Assembly (NCBI GenBank): GCA_035494615.1
Contig: DATJGU010000118.1
Location: 7,044 to 71,043, forward strand
DNA from: Gemmatimonadaceae bacterium
Lineage (GTDB): Bacteria; Gemmatimonadota; Gemmatimonadetes; Gemmatimonadales; Gemmatimonadaceae
Length of the DNA: 64,000 bases
Reading direction: 5' to 3'
The position numbers and the translations under genes were made by a program. Positions 55,189 to 63,999 of the stretch are shown one piece after another (positions within the stretch are counted from its first letter, which is position 1; the number at the start of each line of letters is the position of its first letter). Below the pieces are notes generated by a model. It was given only the letters and a program-made list of their open reading frames with translations, made no database searches and was not told the DNA's origin.

Positions 55189-55270
55189 CTACTACCTACT
55201 CCCTACTCCCTACTACCTACTCCCTACCACCTACTCGCTACCCCCTACCCCCTACCCGCTACCCCCTACT
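55189..55270. repeat. pyrimidine-only CTAC-rich repeat tract; the minus strand carries a canonical G-quadruplex motif and dispersed-motif copy 4
   Basis: The plus strand is almost G-free (CTACTACCTACTCCCTACTCCC...). The minus strand at 55241-55266 reads GGGGG TAGC GGG TA GGGGG TA GGGGG and starts at the TAG stop of the ANTAR gene. GGTAGCGAGTAG is the reverse complement of 55231-55242. Confidence 0.85.
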
Positions 55271-55880
55271 TCTCCTTCGCGTTCTCCTGCAGCCCCGGCT
55301 CGCTCGCCAGCACTGCCCGCGCGATCTCGACCATCGGCACCGAGCGGTCCTGGCTCGTGCGCTGCAGGATGCGATACGCCTCCTGCTCCGACGACCCGGT
55401 GCGGCGCATGAGGATTCCCTTCGCCCGCTCGATCGTCTTCCGGTTCTCGAGCGCGCCGCGCGCCGCGTCCGCGTCCTTCCGCGCGGAATTCAGCTCGCGC
55501 GCGCGGCTCACCGCGAGGCGCAGCGTGGAGTCGAGCACGCGCGGCGGCGTCGGCTTCGGGAGAAACGCGATCGCGGCGGTCGCCGCCACCTCGCGCTCGC
55601 TCAACGAGATCGTCTGATCGCCGCTGAACAGCACGACCGCCACGCCCGGCACCTGCGCGGCGATCTGCTCTGCCGCCTCGATGCCGGAGCCGTCGGGCAT
55701 GTGCACGTCGAGCAGCACGACGTCGGGGACGACGTCACGCGCCCGCTCGATCGCGTCGCGCCCACCCGTCACCTCCGCCACGACGACGTGCCCCATGGAG
55801 TTCAGCAGCTCCACGAGCAGGGTACGCGCGTTGTCGTCGTCTTCCGCGATGAGGATGCGGATGGAGCCCGTGTCGGCCAT
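55266..55880 (-). CDS. ANTAR-domain response regulator (AmiR/NasT-like)
   Basis: Receiver ILIAEDD...VLLDVHMPDGSG...KP. ANTAR region ENRKTIERAKGILM...EAYRILQRTSQDRSVPMVEIA. Confidence 0.9.
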   Translation of the reverse strand: MADTGSIRILIAEDDDNARTLLVELLNSMGHVVVAEVTGGRDAIERARDVVPDVVLLDVHMPDGSGIEAAEQIAAQVPGVAVVLFSGDQTISLSEREVAATAAIAFLPKPTPPRVLDSTLRLAVSRARELNSARKDADAARGALENRKTIERAKGILMRRTGSSEQEAYRILQRTSQDRSVPMVEIARAVLASEPGLQENAKEK

Positions 55881-55930
55881 TGCGAGGATCTATCGGTAGG
55901 AGGGGCGTGCGGCGGTGAAGTCTGAACGCT

Positions 55931-57865
55931 TCACCCGTCGCCCGCAATCTGCGCGAGCAAATCCGTCGCACCGACCGGCTTGCGGAGCGTGAAGTCGCAC
56001 GCCGGATCCTGCTCGTTGCGCGGCTCCCACCCGGTGACGACACCGATGCGCAACGTCGGCCGGCATTCACGCGCGTACACGACGAGATCCCATCCGCTGC
56101 CGTCGGGCAGTCCGATGTCGGTCACCAGCACGTCGAGCGCACCCGCCGCCGCGATGCGCGTGCGCGCTTCCTCCACGGACCGGACCGCTTCCACGACGTG
56201 TCCGTCGCTCTCGAGGAGCGACTGCATGAACTCCCGACTGTCCACGTGATCTTCCACGAGGAGCACTCGGCGGCCCTCGCGCGGTCCGCGCGGCGCGACG
56301 ATGGCGCGAGCGGTGGGCGACGCGGGCGGAAACATCAGGCGCACCGTCGTCCCTTCGCCCGGCGCCGACTCGATCTCCGCGCGCCCGCGATGTCGTCGTG
56401 CGATGCCATAGACCTCCGCCAACCCGAGACCGGTGCCGTTCACTCCCTTCGTCGTGAAGAACGGCTCGAACGCGCGCTCGCGCACTTCGGCGGACATTCC
56501 CGTGCCCGTGTCAGATACCGCCACGCTCGCTTCCGAGGCCGTGACGAGGGTCACGATCCCCAGCGTGCCACCGCCCGTCATCGCGTCCAGCGCGTTCTGG
56601 ACGAGGTTGAGCAGCGCCTCGCGCAGCTCGCCGGCGATCCCGCGCACCATCACCTCGGGCGCGAGCCGCTGATCCAGCTTGATCACGCCACCCTTCGCGC
56701 GCTCCTGCCAGAGCGGCCGCGTCATGGCGACGACCTCCTCCACCATCACCGAGAGATCGACGACGTCCTCGCGCGCGCCGAGGAGGGGCTCCTGCCGGAT
56801 GAACCGGCCCACCCGCGCCGCCGTCGCGGCTCCCGTCTCCGCCGCGCGCGCGATCCGCGCCGCATAGTCGCGCACCGCCGCCGGATTGTCGGCGTTCATC
56901 TCGAGCAGGTACGCGGCCGCCATGATCGGGTTGAGCGCGTTGTTGACGTCGTGCATCACGCCGGCGGCGAGCTGGCCCACCGCGGCGAGCCGCCGGTCGC
57001 GCGCCGCCGCCTCCTGCAGCGCGAGCAGCTCGCGCGTGCGCTCCTGCACCATCCGCTCGAGCCGCTCGGCTTCCGTCTGCACGCGCTGCTGGAGCCGCGT
57101 GCGCTCGGTGACGTCGCGCTCCACGGTGACCGCGCCGCGCACGCGCTTGTGCGGATCGTAGAGAGGATTCGAGTTCACCTCGATGACCGCCGGCTCGCCG
57201 CCGCGACGCACCTCGAGCGTCTCGCCGCGCACCCGCTCGCCGCGCAGCGCGCGCGCCGTCGGGTGCTCGTGCACGAACAGCGTCACGCCGCCGAGGGTGC
57301 GCGGGCGATCGAGCTGCCAGAGCTCGCGCAGCGTGTGCGGGTCGGCGGGGGCGTGCTCCTGCTGCGCCTGCGCGTTGGAGCGGACCGTGCCTCCCTCCGC
57401 GTCGACGACGCGCACCGAGTCGGGAAGCACGTCGAAGATCGACTCGAGCTGCGCGACGCTGCGCGCGAGGTCTTCGCGAAGCCCCTCGCGCTCGGTGATG
57501 TCGCTGCCGGCGAAGAGGAGGCCGCGTCCGCCGCGCACGTCGAGCAGCGGGGAGAAGGTGGCCTCGACGAGTCGGCGCCCGCCGCGGTACTGGAAGGGCA
57601 CGCGCACGGCGACGACCGGCACGCCCCCCGCCGCGATGTCGACCTGCTCCGTCAGATCGGCGAGTGCGTTGGGGAACGCGTCGTACACCGAGCGCCCGAT
57701 CGTCTGCCCGACGTCGACGCCCGTGAGATCCCGGTACCGCGCATTGGTGGCCGCGAGCGAGAGCGTCCCGTCGAACACCGCGACGGCGAGCGGCACCGCC
57801 TCGAGCAAGGCGTCGAGCCGGGCGTACTCCTGCTCCTGATTGGTGAGAAGGCCGGTGAGCGGCAT
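55931..57865 (-). CDS. PAS-containing hybrid sensor histidine kinase/response regulator
   Basis: Trimmed to the ATG at 57865. H-box GVMHDVNNALNPI. G-boxes DTGTGM and GTGLGLAEV. C-terminal receiver VLLVEDH...VTDIGLPDGSG...KP. Confidence 0.9.
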   Translation of the reverse strand: MPLTGLLTNQEQEYARLDALLEAVPLAVAVFDGTLSLAATNARYRDLTGVDVGQTIGRSVYDAFPNALADLTEQVDIAAGGVPVVAVRVPFQYRGGRRLVEATFSPLLDVRGGRGLLFAGSDITEREGLREDLARSVAQLESIFDVLPDSVRVVDAEGGTVRSNAQAQQEHAPADPHTLRELWQLDRPRTLGGVTLFVHEHPTARALRGERVRGETLEVRRGGEPAVIEVNSNPLYDPHKRVRGAVTVERDVTERTRLQQRVQTEAERLERMVQERTRELLALQEAAARDRRLAAVGQLAAGVMHDVNNALNPIMAAAYLLEMNADNPAAVRDYAARIARAAETGAATAARVGRFIRQEPLLGAREDVVDLSVMVEEVVAMTRPLWQERAKGGVIKLDQRLAPEVMVRGIAGELREALLNLVQNALDAMTGGGTLGIVTLVTASEASVAVSDTGTGMSAEVRERAFEPFFTTKGVNGTGLGLAEVYGIARRHRGRAEIESAPGEGTTVRLMFPPASPTARAIVAPRGPREGRRVLLVEDHVDSREFMQSLLESDGHVVEAVRSVEEARTRIAAAGALDVLVTDIGLPDGSGWDLVVYARECRPTLRIGVVTGWEPRNEQDPACDFTLRKPVGATDLLAQIAGDG

Positions 57866-57962
57866 CGAACCGTGCACGGCAAGGCGGGATCCGGCCGGCG
57901 GCGGCCGTGGAGGTAAGGTTGTACCGGGGAGGGAGGGGGTCAATACACCGGCCGATGGTAGG

Positions 57963-58727
57963 TCATGGCTTCGCCGCACACCCCCGCTCATGCGCCGCGA
58001 GCGCTGGCACGGCGGTCGTCATCGCGTCGAGCGCGAGGCCGGCCATGGCGCGCGCGCCCTCCGGATCGAAGTGCGTGTCGTCGTGCACGCCGGCGGGATA
58101 GTTCGGACTCACGCCCGGCTCGAGATGGAGCCAGAGGGCGCGCGACGCATCGGGGCCGAGCCGCTGCACCAGCCCGGCGCTCGCCCGGGTCATGTCGATC
58201 AGCGGTACGCGTTGTTCGCGGGCGACTCGGCGGGCCGCGTCGGGATAGGCGCCGTGCGTGTCTCGCAGCGTGCTCCCGTCGAAGGCGCGCCGCACCACGG
58301 GGGTGAGCAGCACGGGATGCGCGCCGCGTGCGCGCACGTCCGCGGCGAAGCGCGCGAGGTTCCGCGCGTAATCCTCGGGCGAGGCGTACCGGTCCGTGCC
58401 GACCTTCTCGTCGTTGTGGCCGAACTGGACCAGCACGTAATCGCCGGCGTGCAGGCTGTCGACGATCGCCGCCCAGCGTCCTTCGTCGATGAACGAGCGC
58501 GTGCTTCGCCCATTCACGGCTCGATTCGCGATCCGCACCTCGGTCGAATCGAAGCACGGTTGCAGCGCCTCGCCCCAGCCGGTCTCCGGGCGCTTGTCCG
58601 GCTGCTTCTGCGCCATCGTCGAGTCGCCGGCGAGCCAGACGGTGATCGGCGGCGCGACGAACCCGGTGAGGGCGAGCGCCGCGACTGGCGCGAGGCGCGC
58701 GCCGGGGAAGCGGAGTGGAGGACGCAT
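57963..58727 (-). CDS. SGNH/GDSL hydrolase (rhamnogalacturonan acetylesterase-like)
   Basis: Block I LAGDSTM. Block III GHND. C-terminal DDTHF. Confidence 0.85.
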   Translation of the reverse strand: MRPPLRFPGARLAPVAALALTGFVAPPITVWLAGDSTMAQKQPDKRPETGWGEALQPCFDSTEVRIANRAVNGRSTRSFIDEGRWAAIVDSLHAGDYVLVQFGHNDEKVGTDRYASPEDYARNLARFAADVRARGAHPVLLTPVVRRAFDGSTLRDTHGAYPDAARRVAREQRVPLIDMTRASAGLVQRLGPDASRALWLHLEPGVSPNYPAGVHDDTHFDPEGARAMAGLALDAMTTAVPALAAHERGCAAKP

Positions 58728-58763
58728 TCCCCAATGTACGCCGGCGTCGTCGCTCGCGACCGC

Positions 58764-60467
58764 TCACCGCCCTGCGTTCACCATTCCCTCACCGGCGATG
58801 AACCGCCCCTCCAGCCAGCGCGCTCCCACCGTGATCACGAGCACGAGCGCGATCAGCAGCACGCTGTACCCCGCCGCGGTGCCGAACGCCGTGTTGCGGA
58901 TCTGCGAGAGGATCTCCACCGAGATCGGCCGGCTCGCGTGCGTGTACAGCACCACGCTCGCCACGAACTCGCCCACCGCCGCGACGCCCGCCAGCATCGT
59001 GCCGGCGATCAGCCCGGGGCGCGCCGCCGGAATCACGACGCGCCGGAGCGTGAGCCACTTCGACGCACCCAGGCCCCGCGCGGCGTCCTCGAGCGTCGGG
59101 TCCATCTGCCGCAGCGAGCCCTCCACCGCGCTCGTCACGAGCGGAATGTTGCGCACGAAGTACGCGAGCGGGAGAATCCAGAAGGTGCCGACGAGGAGCA
59201 CGCGCAGCTGCGCCGGATCGTTTCGGTCGAACGTCGCCGCGAGGCCGAGCGCGATCGCGGTCGCCGGGATCGCCCATGGGAGCGCCGAGAGCAGCGCGAG
59301 CGCGCGCCGGCCCGGCGCACGCGACAGGACGACGACGTACGCGATGGCGAAGCAGACGATCGCGTTCGCGACGGTGCTGATCGTCCCCATCGCCACGCTG
59401 TTCGTGATCGGACGCCAGAGGGCGCTCTCGCTCGCCAGCCGCCGGTAGTTGTCGAGCGTGTACTCGGGCGGCAGGACCTGCGTCGTCCACGCGCCGTCGC
59501 GCGCGAAGCTCACGAGCACGACCATCGCGTGCGGCAGGATGAGGAGCACGACGATCAGCACCGCCACGGGCGGAAGCAGCAGCCGCGCGAGCGGCGAGCG
59601 GAGCGCCTGGCGCGTCGCGCGCCCCTTTCCGGCGACGCTGTACTGTCGCCTTCCCTCCAGCCGCCTGAGCACGAGGAGCGCGATCACCGCCGTCACCGCG
59701 AGCACGGTGGTCTCCACGTAGGCGAGCCCCATCGCGCCGTTCAGCTTCGAGACGAGGATCTGCGTGGCCAGCACGCGCGCCCCGCCGCCGAAGATGTACG
59801 GCGCCGAGAAGGAGCCGAGCGCGCTCATGAAGACGAGCAGCATCGCGCCGGCGATCGAGGGCGTGAGCAGGGGGAGCGTGACGCGCCGGAGCGCGAATGC
59901 CTTCGACGCGCCCAGCCCCGCCGCGGCCTCGTCGAGCGTCGTGTCGTAGCGCTCCAGCCCCGCGCTCACGAACAGGAAGACGTAGACGTACATCGTGTAC
60001 GCGTGGACGAACACGACGGCGGAGAGCCCGGTGAACGTCCACGGCGCCGACGAGAGCCCGAGCACGTGCTGCACCGCGCGCGTCACCACGCCGCTCTCGC
60101 CGTAGAGGAAGAGGAAGGCGATGACGCCGACGAGCGGCGGCAGCGCGGCGGGCAGCGTCGCCACGCCGCTCAGCACGCGTCGTCCGCGGAACTCGGTGCG
60201 CGTGAGCAGGAACGCGAGCGGCACGCCGACGAGGAGCGCGCCGATCACCGAGCCGATCGAGACGAGGATCGTTCCCCAGAGCGCGTCGCGGTCGGCGGGG
60301 CTCGCGGCGAAGTCGCGCCAGTCGCCGAGCCCGCGCTCGAAGCTCCCGACGACGATCGCCGCGTTGGGGTAGACCACGCTCCAGAGGAGGAGCGCGAGCA
60401 GGAGCGCGGCGATCCACGCCGCCCCCCAGCCGCCAGGCGGGCGCCGGAGCCGCGCCGCGCGCATCAT
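58764..60467 (-). CDS. ABC transporter permease, duplicated (iron(III)/thiamine-type)
   Basis: Two EAA-type loops (LDEAAAGLGASKAFALRRVTLP and LEDAARGLGASKWLTLRRVVIP). 12 TM segments. Confidence 0.9.
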   Translation of the reverse strand: MMRAARLRRPPGGWGAAWIAALLLALLLWSVVYPNAAIVVGSFERGLGDWRDFAASPADRDALWGTILVSIGSVIGALLVGVPLAFLLTRTEFRGRRVLSGVATLPAALPPLVGVIAFLFLYGESGVVTRAVQHVLGLSSAPWTFTGLSAVVFVHAYTMYVYVFLFVSAGLERYDTTLDEAAAGLGASKAFALRRVTLPLLTPSIAGAMLLVFMSALGSFSAPYIFGGGARVLATQILVSKLNGAMGLAYVETTVLAVTAVIALLVLRRLEGRRQYSVAGKGRATRQALRSPLARLLLPPVAVLIVVLLILPHAMVVLVSFARDGAWTTQVLPPEYTLDNYRRLASESALWRPITNSVAMGTISTVANAIVCFAIAYVVVLSRAPGRRALALLSALPWAIPATAIALGLAATFDRNDPAQLRVLLVGTFWILPLAYFVRNIPLVTSAVEGSLRQMDPTLEDAARGLGASKWLTLRRVVIPAARPGLIAGTMLAGVAAVGEFVASVVLYTHASRPISVEILSQIRNTAFGTAAGYSVLLIALVLVITVGARWLEGRFIAGEGMVNAGR

Positions 60468-60477
60468 CGCGCGGTCC

Positions 60478-61584
60478 TCATGCCGGCACCACCGCGAGCG
60501 GTTGTCCCGAGAGCCGCACGCGCACCGTCGCCCCTTCCGGCGCCCCGACGCCGTCGCCCATCACCTCGACGACGGCGCCGCTCTCGAGCCGAACCTGATA
60601 CACGGTGTGTCCTCCCGCGAACCGCCGCCCCGCCACGATCCCCTCCCACGCCGGCTGCGCGTCGTCGTCCACGAGCACGAGCGACTCGGGACGCAGGACA
60701 GCCAACGCATCGGTCCCGCTCACGCTCGGCGAGTCGGCGCGCGCCGGCGCGGCGAGGGCGACGCGTCCCACCGTGACCCACACGCCCTCGCCCCGCCGCT
60801 CGGCGGGCAGCAGCGCGGCGCGACCGACGAATTCGGCGACCTCGCGCGTCGCGGGCGCGTGGTAGAGGTCCTCCGGCGAACCGACCTGGAGCAACCGGCC
60901 GCGCGAGAGCATCGCGATCCGGTCGGCGACGGCGAACGCGTCTTCCTGGTCGTGCGTGACGAACAGCGCCGTGACCCCCGAGCGCCGCAGTGTGGCGCGC
61001 AGCTCGTCGCGCATCGTCTGGCGCAGCGTGGGATCCAGGTTCGACAGCGGCTCGTCGAGCAGCAGGACGCGCGGCGAGATCACGAGCGCGCGGGCGAGGG
61101 CCACCCGCTGCTGCTCCCCGCCAGAAAGCGCCTGCACCTGGCGCGCCGCCTTGTCGTCGAGCCCGACGCCGGCGAGCGCCTCGCGGGCGCGCGCGAGCCG
61201 TTCCGTCTTGCGCACTCCGCGCGCCTCCAGCCCGAAGGCGACGTTCTGCTCGACCGTCATGTGCGGGAAGAGCGCATAGTGCTGGAACACCATGCCGAAC
61301 CCGCGCCGCTGCGGCGGCTCGTGCGTGATGTCGCGCGTCGCGCCGCCGTCGGCGAGGAGCACGGCTCCGGTATCCGGAGTCTCGTAGCCCGCGGCGATCC
61401 GCAGCGTCGTCGTCTTGCCCGATCCCGACGCGCCGACGAGCGCCACCAGCTCGCCCGCGGCGATGGAGAGGGAGACGTCGTCGACCGCCGGCTCCGCGTT
61501 CCCCGGATACCGGCGCGTCACGCGCTCGAGCGAGAGCGCGCTCGCCCGTCGCTCGCCAGGGTCGCGCGCGGCGGGAGCGCTCAC
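60478..61584 (-). CDS. ABC transporter ATP-binding protein (FbpC/PotA-like)
   Basis: The GTG start at 61584 forms a GTGA overlap with the SBP stop. GASGSGKTT, LSGGEQQRVALARAL and LLDEPLSNLD. Confidence 0.9.
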   Translation of the reverse strand: MSAPAARDPGERRASALSLERVTRRYPGNAEPAVDDVSLSIAAGELVALVGASGSGKTTTLRIAAGYETPDTGAVLLADGGATRDITHEPPQRRGFGMVFQHYALFPHMTVEQNVAFGLEARGVRKTERLARAREALAGVGLDDKAARQVQALSGGEQQRVALARALVISPRVLLLDEPLSNLDPTLRQTMRDELRATLRRSGVTALFVTHDQEDAFAVADRIAMLSRGRLLQVGSPEDLYHAPATREVAEFVGRAALLPAERRGEGVWVTVGRVALAAPARADSPSVSGTDALAVLRPESLVLVDDDAQPAWEGIVAGRRFAGGHTVYQVRLESGAVVEVMGDGVGAPEGATVRVRLSGQPLAVVPA

Positions 61585-62624
61585 TTGCCTCGCTGGCTGT
61601 TCCTGATGCTGCTGTCCCAGGTCTGCATCCAGCTGTCGAGACTGTCGGCGAGCAGCTTCGGGTCGAGCGGCATCGCCTTGAGCTCCGTCTTCGCACGACG
61701 CACGACGTCGGGAAGCGAGTCCACCGGCAGATCGGTGCGCGCCGGAATTCGGATGAAGCGGATCGCGGCCTCGCGCAACGCGTCTGGCGTCGTCACGTAC
61801 TCGTAGAACTGCTTCGCGATCTCGGGATGCTTGCCCCCACGCACGAGCGCGATCGCGTCGACGAGCAGTGGCGTCCCGCTCGCGGGAAACACGAACCCGA
61901 CCGGCGTCTTCGTTCGCGCCTGCAGCACCGCGATGTCCGGCATGTCGTACAGCGTGATCGTCCCCTCCTGCCGCCCGAGCTTCTGATAGAGCAGCGCGGG
62001 GTTGAGGACGTACTCCTTGGTGTTCCCATCCAGCCTGCGCAACCAGTCCCACCCCTGCGCCGTCGAGCCGGTACGCGCGATCGAGCGCGCGAGGATCGCG
62101 CCGAAGATGGCGCGCATCGTTCCCGACTCGACGGGGTTCCGGATGAGCACTTTTCCCTTCCACTTCGGATCGAGCACGTCGTCCCAGTCCTTCGGCGCTT
62201 CGGCGGCGGACACCGCGTCGGTGTTGTACGCGATGACTTCCGGCGTCATGTACGTCCCGAACCAGCGCCCCTGCGGATCGCGCGCTTCCGGCGGCACCGC
62301 GCCGGCCCACGTCGGCGTGTACGCGTCCAGCAGCCCTTCGCTGCCGGCGCGCTCGAAGATCTCCGACGGCGCGCCGAACCAGAGATCGGCCTGCGGGTTG
62401 GCTTTCTCGGCGCGCAGCCGGTCGAGCACCTCCTGCGAGCCCATGTCGACCCACTGCACGTCGACGCCGGGATGCGCCGCCTCGAATCCCTTCTCGTAGT
62501 ACTCGAGCAGCTCCTTGCCGTGCGGCGAATAGACCGTGAGCACGGTCCGCCCGTCGCCGCGCCCGCACGCGCCGAGCACGAAAAGGCCGAGCGATGCCGC
62601 CGCCCCCCGCAGCGCGCGCCTCAT
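61581..62624 (-). CDS. ABC transporter substrate-binding lipoprotein (iron/thiamine-type)
   Basis: Trimmed to the ATG at 62624. Lipobox VLGACG. Extracellular solute-binding pattern LTVYSPHG...ADLWFGAP. Confidence 0.85.
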   Translation of the reverse strand: MRRALRGAAASLGLFVLGACGRGDGRTVLTVYSPHGKELLEYYEKGFEAAHPGVDVQWVDMGSQEVLDRLRAEKANPQADLWFGAPSEIFERAGSEGLLDAYTPTWAGAVPPEARDPQGRWFGTYMTPEVIAYNTDAVSAAEAPKDWDDVLDPKWKGKVLIRNPVESGTMRAIFGAILARSIARTGSTAQGWDWLRRLDGNTKEYVLNPALLYQKLGRQEGTITLYDMPDIAVLQARTKTPVGFVFPASGTPLLVDAIALVRGGKHPEIAKQFYEYVTTPDALREAAIRFIRIPARTDLPVDSLPDVVRRAKTELKAMPLDPKLLADSLDSWMQTWDSSIRNSQRGK

Positions 62625-63427
62625 CGCCGATCCCACGCGAGCCGTGCGCCGAGCAGCACGAGCGCGCCGCCGGTCACGCGCTCGAGCCATGCCTTCACCA
62701 CCGGACGCGTGAGGGCGACGCGCAGCCGGTCGACGAACCGCGCGTACACCGACAGCCAGGCGAAGCCGAGCAGGTTGTGAATCATCGCGAGCAGGAGCGA
62801 GGTCCGCAGCACCGGCGCGCCCGCCGGAATGAACTGCGGCAGGAACGTCAGATAGAACAGGGCGACCTTCGGATTGAGAATGTTGGTCAGGAAGCCCTGC
62901 GTGAAGGGGTGCCCGCCACGTACCGGCACACGTGCCGATTCCTCGACTCGCTGCGCTCGCTCGGAACGCCCCCCGGACGATGTCGTTCCGAGCGGAAAGC
63001 GCAGCGTCTCTTCCTTCGTCATTCCGAGCCGAGCGCGCAGCACCTCTTCCTTCGTCATTCCGAGCCGAGCGCGCAGCACCTCTTCCTTCGTCATTCCGAG
63101 CGGAGCGCGCAGCGCGGAGTCGAGGAATCGGCCCGGCCCGCCGGCATTCGCCTGGCGGATCGACTGCACCCCGATCCATACCAGGTACACGGCACCCACG
63201 AGCTTCACCGTCTCGTACGCCCGCGCGGACGTCGCGAGGATCGCCGACAGCCCGAGCGCCGACATCGTCGCATGCGTCAGGCAGCCGAGCGCGATCCCGA
63301 GGATCGTCCACCGCGCGCCGCGCATCCCCAGCGCGAGCGCGTTGCGCGTCACGAGCGCCGTGTCCGCGCCCGGTATGAGGGTCAGCAGCAGCGCGACGGG
63401 AACGAACGCGAGCAGCGACGCGGTCAT
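62621..63427 (-). CDS. LysE/RhtB-family translocator carrying an in-frame repeat insertion in the central loop
   Basis: Trimmed to the ATG at 63427. N-terminal LIPGADTALV and C-terminal half NPKVALFYLTFLPQFI. The product is 268 aa, against roughly 200 aa that I recall as typical for the family. The extra segment is LGMTKEEVLRAR x3. Confidence 0.8.
   Translation of the reverse strand: MTASLLAFVPVALLLTLIPGADTALVTRNALALGMRGARWTILGIALGCLTHATMSALGLSAILATSARAYETVKLVGAVYLVWIGVQSIRQANAGGPGRFLDSALRAPLGMTKEEVLRARLGMTKEEVLRARLGMTKEETLRFPLGTTSSGGRSERAQRVEESARVPVRGGHPFTQGFLTNILNPKVALFYLTFLPQFIPAGAPVLRTSLLLAMIHNLLGFAWLSVYARFVDRLRVALTRPVVKAWLERVTGGALVLLGARLAWDRR
62980..63115. repeat. 36-nt tandem repeat, 3 full copies plus 1 degenerate, inside the LysE-family CDS
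   Basis: Units at 63008-63043, 63044-63079 (identical) and 63080-63115. Unit sequence CTCTTCCTTCGTCATTCCGAGCCGAGCGCGCAGCAC. A degenerate copy lies at about 62980-63007. Confidence 0.9.
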
Positions 63428-63999
63428 GGCTGCGGCGGTGCGCTCGCCGGCGAGCGTCCGTCCGCCGCGAGCAGGTTGAGGAAGATGCGCGCGCCGCCCG
63501 GCACTCCCGCCGGAAGCTGCCGGAACAGCGCTAGCGTCGTGTAGACGAACGCGCCCTTGCCGAGCGGCGCCACGAGCACCGCGTTCTCGTTCGGCGGCTC
63601 GCCCGGGTCGTGCATCTCGAGCAGCCGGTGATAGTGCGGGTCCGCCGTCGTCGGCATGTACGTCGCGCGCTCCTGCACCCACTGGTCGAAATCGGCCGGC
63701 ACGATCCGGTTCGGGTACGTCAGCAGGCGAGAGCCGGGGTCGATGATCCGCACCGGCGCCGTCTCGTCGGTGACGCGCTGCGCGACGCGCGCGAGCGTCA
63801 CCGGATACGGCAGGTAGCCCGGCGTCTGCATCTCCTGCTGGCCGTACTGCACGACGACGGTGCCGCCATCGCGCGCGTAGTCCTGCAGCCGTCGCGCGCT
63901 CGCGGCTACGAGCGGGCTCGCCGCGAAGGCGCGCGGCCCGACGACCACGGCGCCGTAGCGCGAGAGATCGGCCGTGGCGAGCAGCTCGGGAGGCAGCAC
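63424..63999 (-). CDS. C-terminal part of a larger protein (GATase1-like domain as found in long LmbE/PIG-L-family proteins), 5' end outside window
   Basis: Frame is open to the window edge. YGAVVVGPRAF...DGGTVVVQYGQQ...FRQLPAGVPGGARIFLNLL. Its stop overlaps the LysE start (ATGA). The family assignment is from memory of similar proteins. Confidence 0.55.
   Translation of the reverse strand: MLPPELLATADLSRYGAVVVGPRAFAASPLVAASARRLQDYARDGGTVVVQYGQQEMQTPGYLPYPVTLARVAQRVTDETAPVRIIDPGSRLLTYPNRIVPADFDQWVQERATYMPTTADPHYHRLLEMHDPGEPPNENAVLVAPLGKGAFVYTTLALFRQLPAGVPGGARIFLNLLAADGRSPASAPPQP

Noticed and set aside
62594-63544. Plus-strand ORFs with SFRAERAAPLPS repeats (62594..63544, 62874..63479, 62932..63378)
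   Set aside because: They are antisense to the LysE-family gene, whose conserved N- and C-terminal halves flank the repeat in one continuous frame. The repeats are the reverse translation of the 36-nt units.
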